Assembly (NCBI RefSeq): GCF_006345805.1
Contig: NC_042998.1
Location: 33,914,001 to 33,978,000 of the forward strand
From: Octopus sinensis
Lineage: Eukaryota
Length of the DNA stretch: 64,000 nucleotides
Direction: 5' to 3'
Part shown: in pieces, positions 61,991 to 64,000 of the stretch
How the letters are laid out: each line of letters starts with the position of its first letter
How positions within the stretch are numbered: the stretch's first letter is position 1
The notes under the pieces: generated by a model
What the model was told of the DNA's origin: nothing
The model's input: only the letters and a program-made list of their open reading frames with translations
Database searches by the model: none
Program-made: the position numbers and the translations under genes

Positions 61991-64000
61991 GTAAGAATTG
62001 GTTCTTTCCATTCTGCTTCTTGTTATTGTTAAAGATTCTGTGCACTGTTTGTATTAATATGTTGTGATTAGAAAATAAGTATCAATCATACATGCGCATG
62101 GGAGTGGCTGTGTGGTAAGTAGCTTGCTTACCAACCACATGGTTCTGGGTTCAGTCCCTCTGCATGGTACCTTGGGCAAATGTCTTCTACCATCGCCTCG
62201 GGCCAACAATAGCCTTGTGAGTGGATTTGGTTGATGGAAACTGAAAGAAGCCCGTCGTATATATGTATGTGTGTATATATGTTTGTGTGTCTGTGTTTGT
62301 CCCCCCAACATTGCTTGACAACTGATGCTGTGTGTTTATATCCCCTGTAACTTAGCAGTTCGGCATAAGAGACTGATATAATAAGTACTAGGCTTACAAA
62401 GAATAAGTCCTGGGGTCAATTTGCTCAGCTAAAAGTGGTGCTCCAGCATGGCCACAGTCAAATGACTGAAACAAGTAAAAGAGTAATCCATTTGTGAGTT
62501 AAAATTAAGACTAAGCACAACAAGTGTTCCATTGAAGACATTCTCTCCAAGAAAACCCAAACGAGAAAATGGATGTGGAATGGAAAGTCTGGAGATGTAC
62601 AGCACGTATATTAGAGTATCTCTTTATTCTTTTACATGTTTCAGTCATTTGACTGCAGCCATGCTGGAGCACTACCTTTAGTCGAACAAATCGACCCCAG
62701 GATTTATTCTTTGTAAGCCTAGTACTTATTCTATCGGTCTCTTTAGCCGAACTGCTAGGTTGCGGGGATGTAAACACACCAACATCGGTTGTCAAGCGAT
62801 GGCAGGTGGGGGACAAACACAGACACACACACATAAGCGTATATGTGTGTGTGTGTGTGTATATATATTTAGGGCTAAACCACTAGGTGGATAACCATAC
62901 GCTAGAAGATCACATATGATCTAACTACAAAGAAAGGATATTCTCCAGAGAAAATTCATTATTTAAATATATATATATATAAATATGACAGGCTTTTTTC
63001 AGTTTCCGTCTCCCAGGTCCACTCACAAGGCTTTGGTTGGCCTTATGCTATCGTAGAAGACACTTGGCCAGGGTACCATGCAGCAGGACTGAACCTGGAA
63101 CCTTGTGGCTTAGAAGCAAGCTTCTTGCCACATGGCCATGCCTCTTCAATATTTTTCTATGTATAAGGTGGTGAGCTGGTAGAATCGATACTCCCAGAAA
63201 AAATGCCTAGCAGCATTTCTTATATTGTAAGTTCAAATGCCCCTGGGGACATTAATACATATAATACATGTCCCTGTCATTCTTGCAGGGTTGATAAAAT
63301 AGATACCAGTTGAACACTGGGGGTTGATGTTATCAACTTACCTGTGAAATTGCTGGCCTGGTACCAAAATTTGAAACCAATATTTCTCTATGTAAGATAG
63401 TTGATCAGGAATGGTTAGCTTTTCTTATTTTTGTTACATGGCATTCTGTAAAGTGATAGTACTGCTGTTATCAGTTGATTGGATGGAAACTAGTTGATTG
63501 AGGCTGTCCATGGTTTACAGTCAACCAGTTAGGCCTTGTGGGGTCCCCATAGCCTAGACATTTCACTCTGCTCAGCTCAAAAGATCTAACACTAGAACTA
63601 CAATGAGTGGCTGAGCTTAATGCTGTAAACAAAGCAGATTTAAAATGTGTTAAGCAACTAAATTTTTTATAACAAAAAAAATAATGTAAAGTATACTAGC
63701 CATCTCAATATGGCTAACCACTAAGGGTGGGTGTTACTGTCGCTTTTAGCCCCAGGAGATCATCGTCTCCAGCTGGCTTTAGACACACTTTCTGTGCCCT
63801 TATGATAAAAAAATAACGTTACATGGTTATTTATTTTATAATAAAACATCTCATAAATTATAAAACGTAAAAAACACAGTGTACACTCTGTGAAATGGTT
63901 GGCATCAGGAAGGGCATCCAGCCATAGAAACCGTGCCAAAACAGACAACTGCAGTCTGGAGTAGCCCTCCAGTTTGCCAGTGCTTGTCAAACTGTCCAAT

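Overview
AT-rich, microsatellite- and repeat-dense animal genomic DNA. The SINE and MITE families suggest an octopus (inference). The + strand carries the first 15 coding exons (4905-61990, 1540 nt, about 513 aa) of a CLC-7 lysosomal 2Cl-/H+ exchanger gene (CLCN7); the rest of the gene, including the CBS domains, lies beyond the window. The intron after coding exon 4 is a clear GT-AG U12-type (minor spliceosome) intron. Two TCATGTGAC (M-box/CLEAR-like) motifs sit in the putative promoter, and a 25-bp minisatellite carrying 20 CACGTG E-boxes follows exon 8. The introns hold several SINE families, piggyBac- and hAT-type MITEs, a decayed mariner, and decayed RTE, CR1 and probably Penelope fragments. 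The most striking signal is a multi-copy element that joins a tRNA-like Pol III head to a minimal type I hammerhead ribozyme (CUGAUGA...GAAA core, palindromic stem III). It integrates with Penelope-style variable-length inverted ends and forms long hairpins inside the CLCN7 pre-mRNA. All calls were made by eye. Element boundaries are approximate unless a TSD or splice site is quoted, and family names come from recalled consensus motifs, not database searches.
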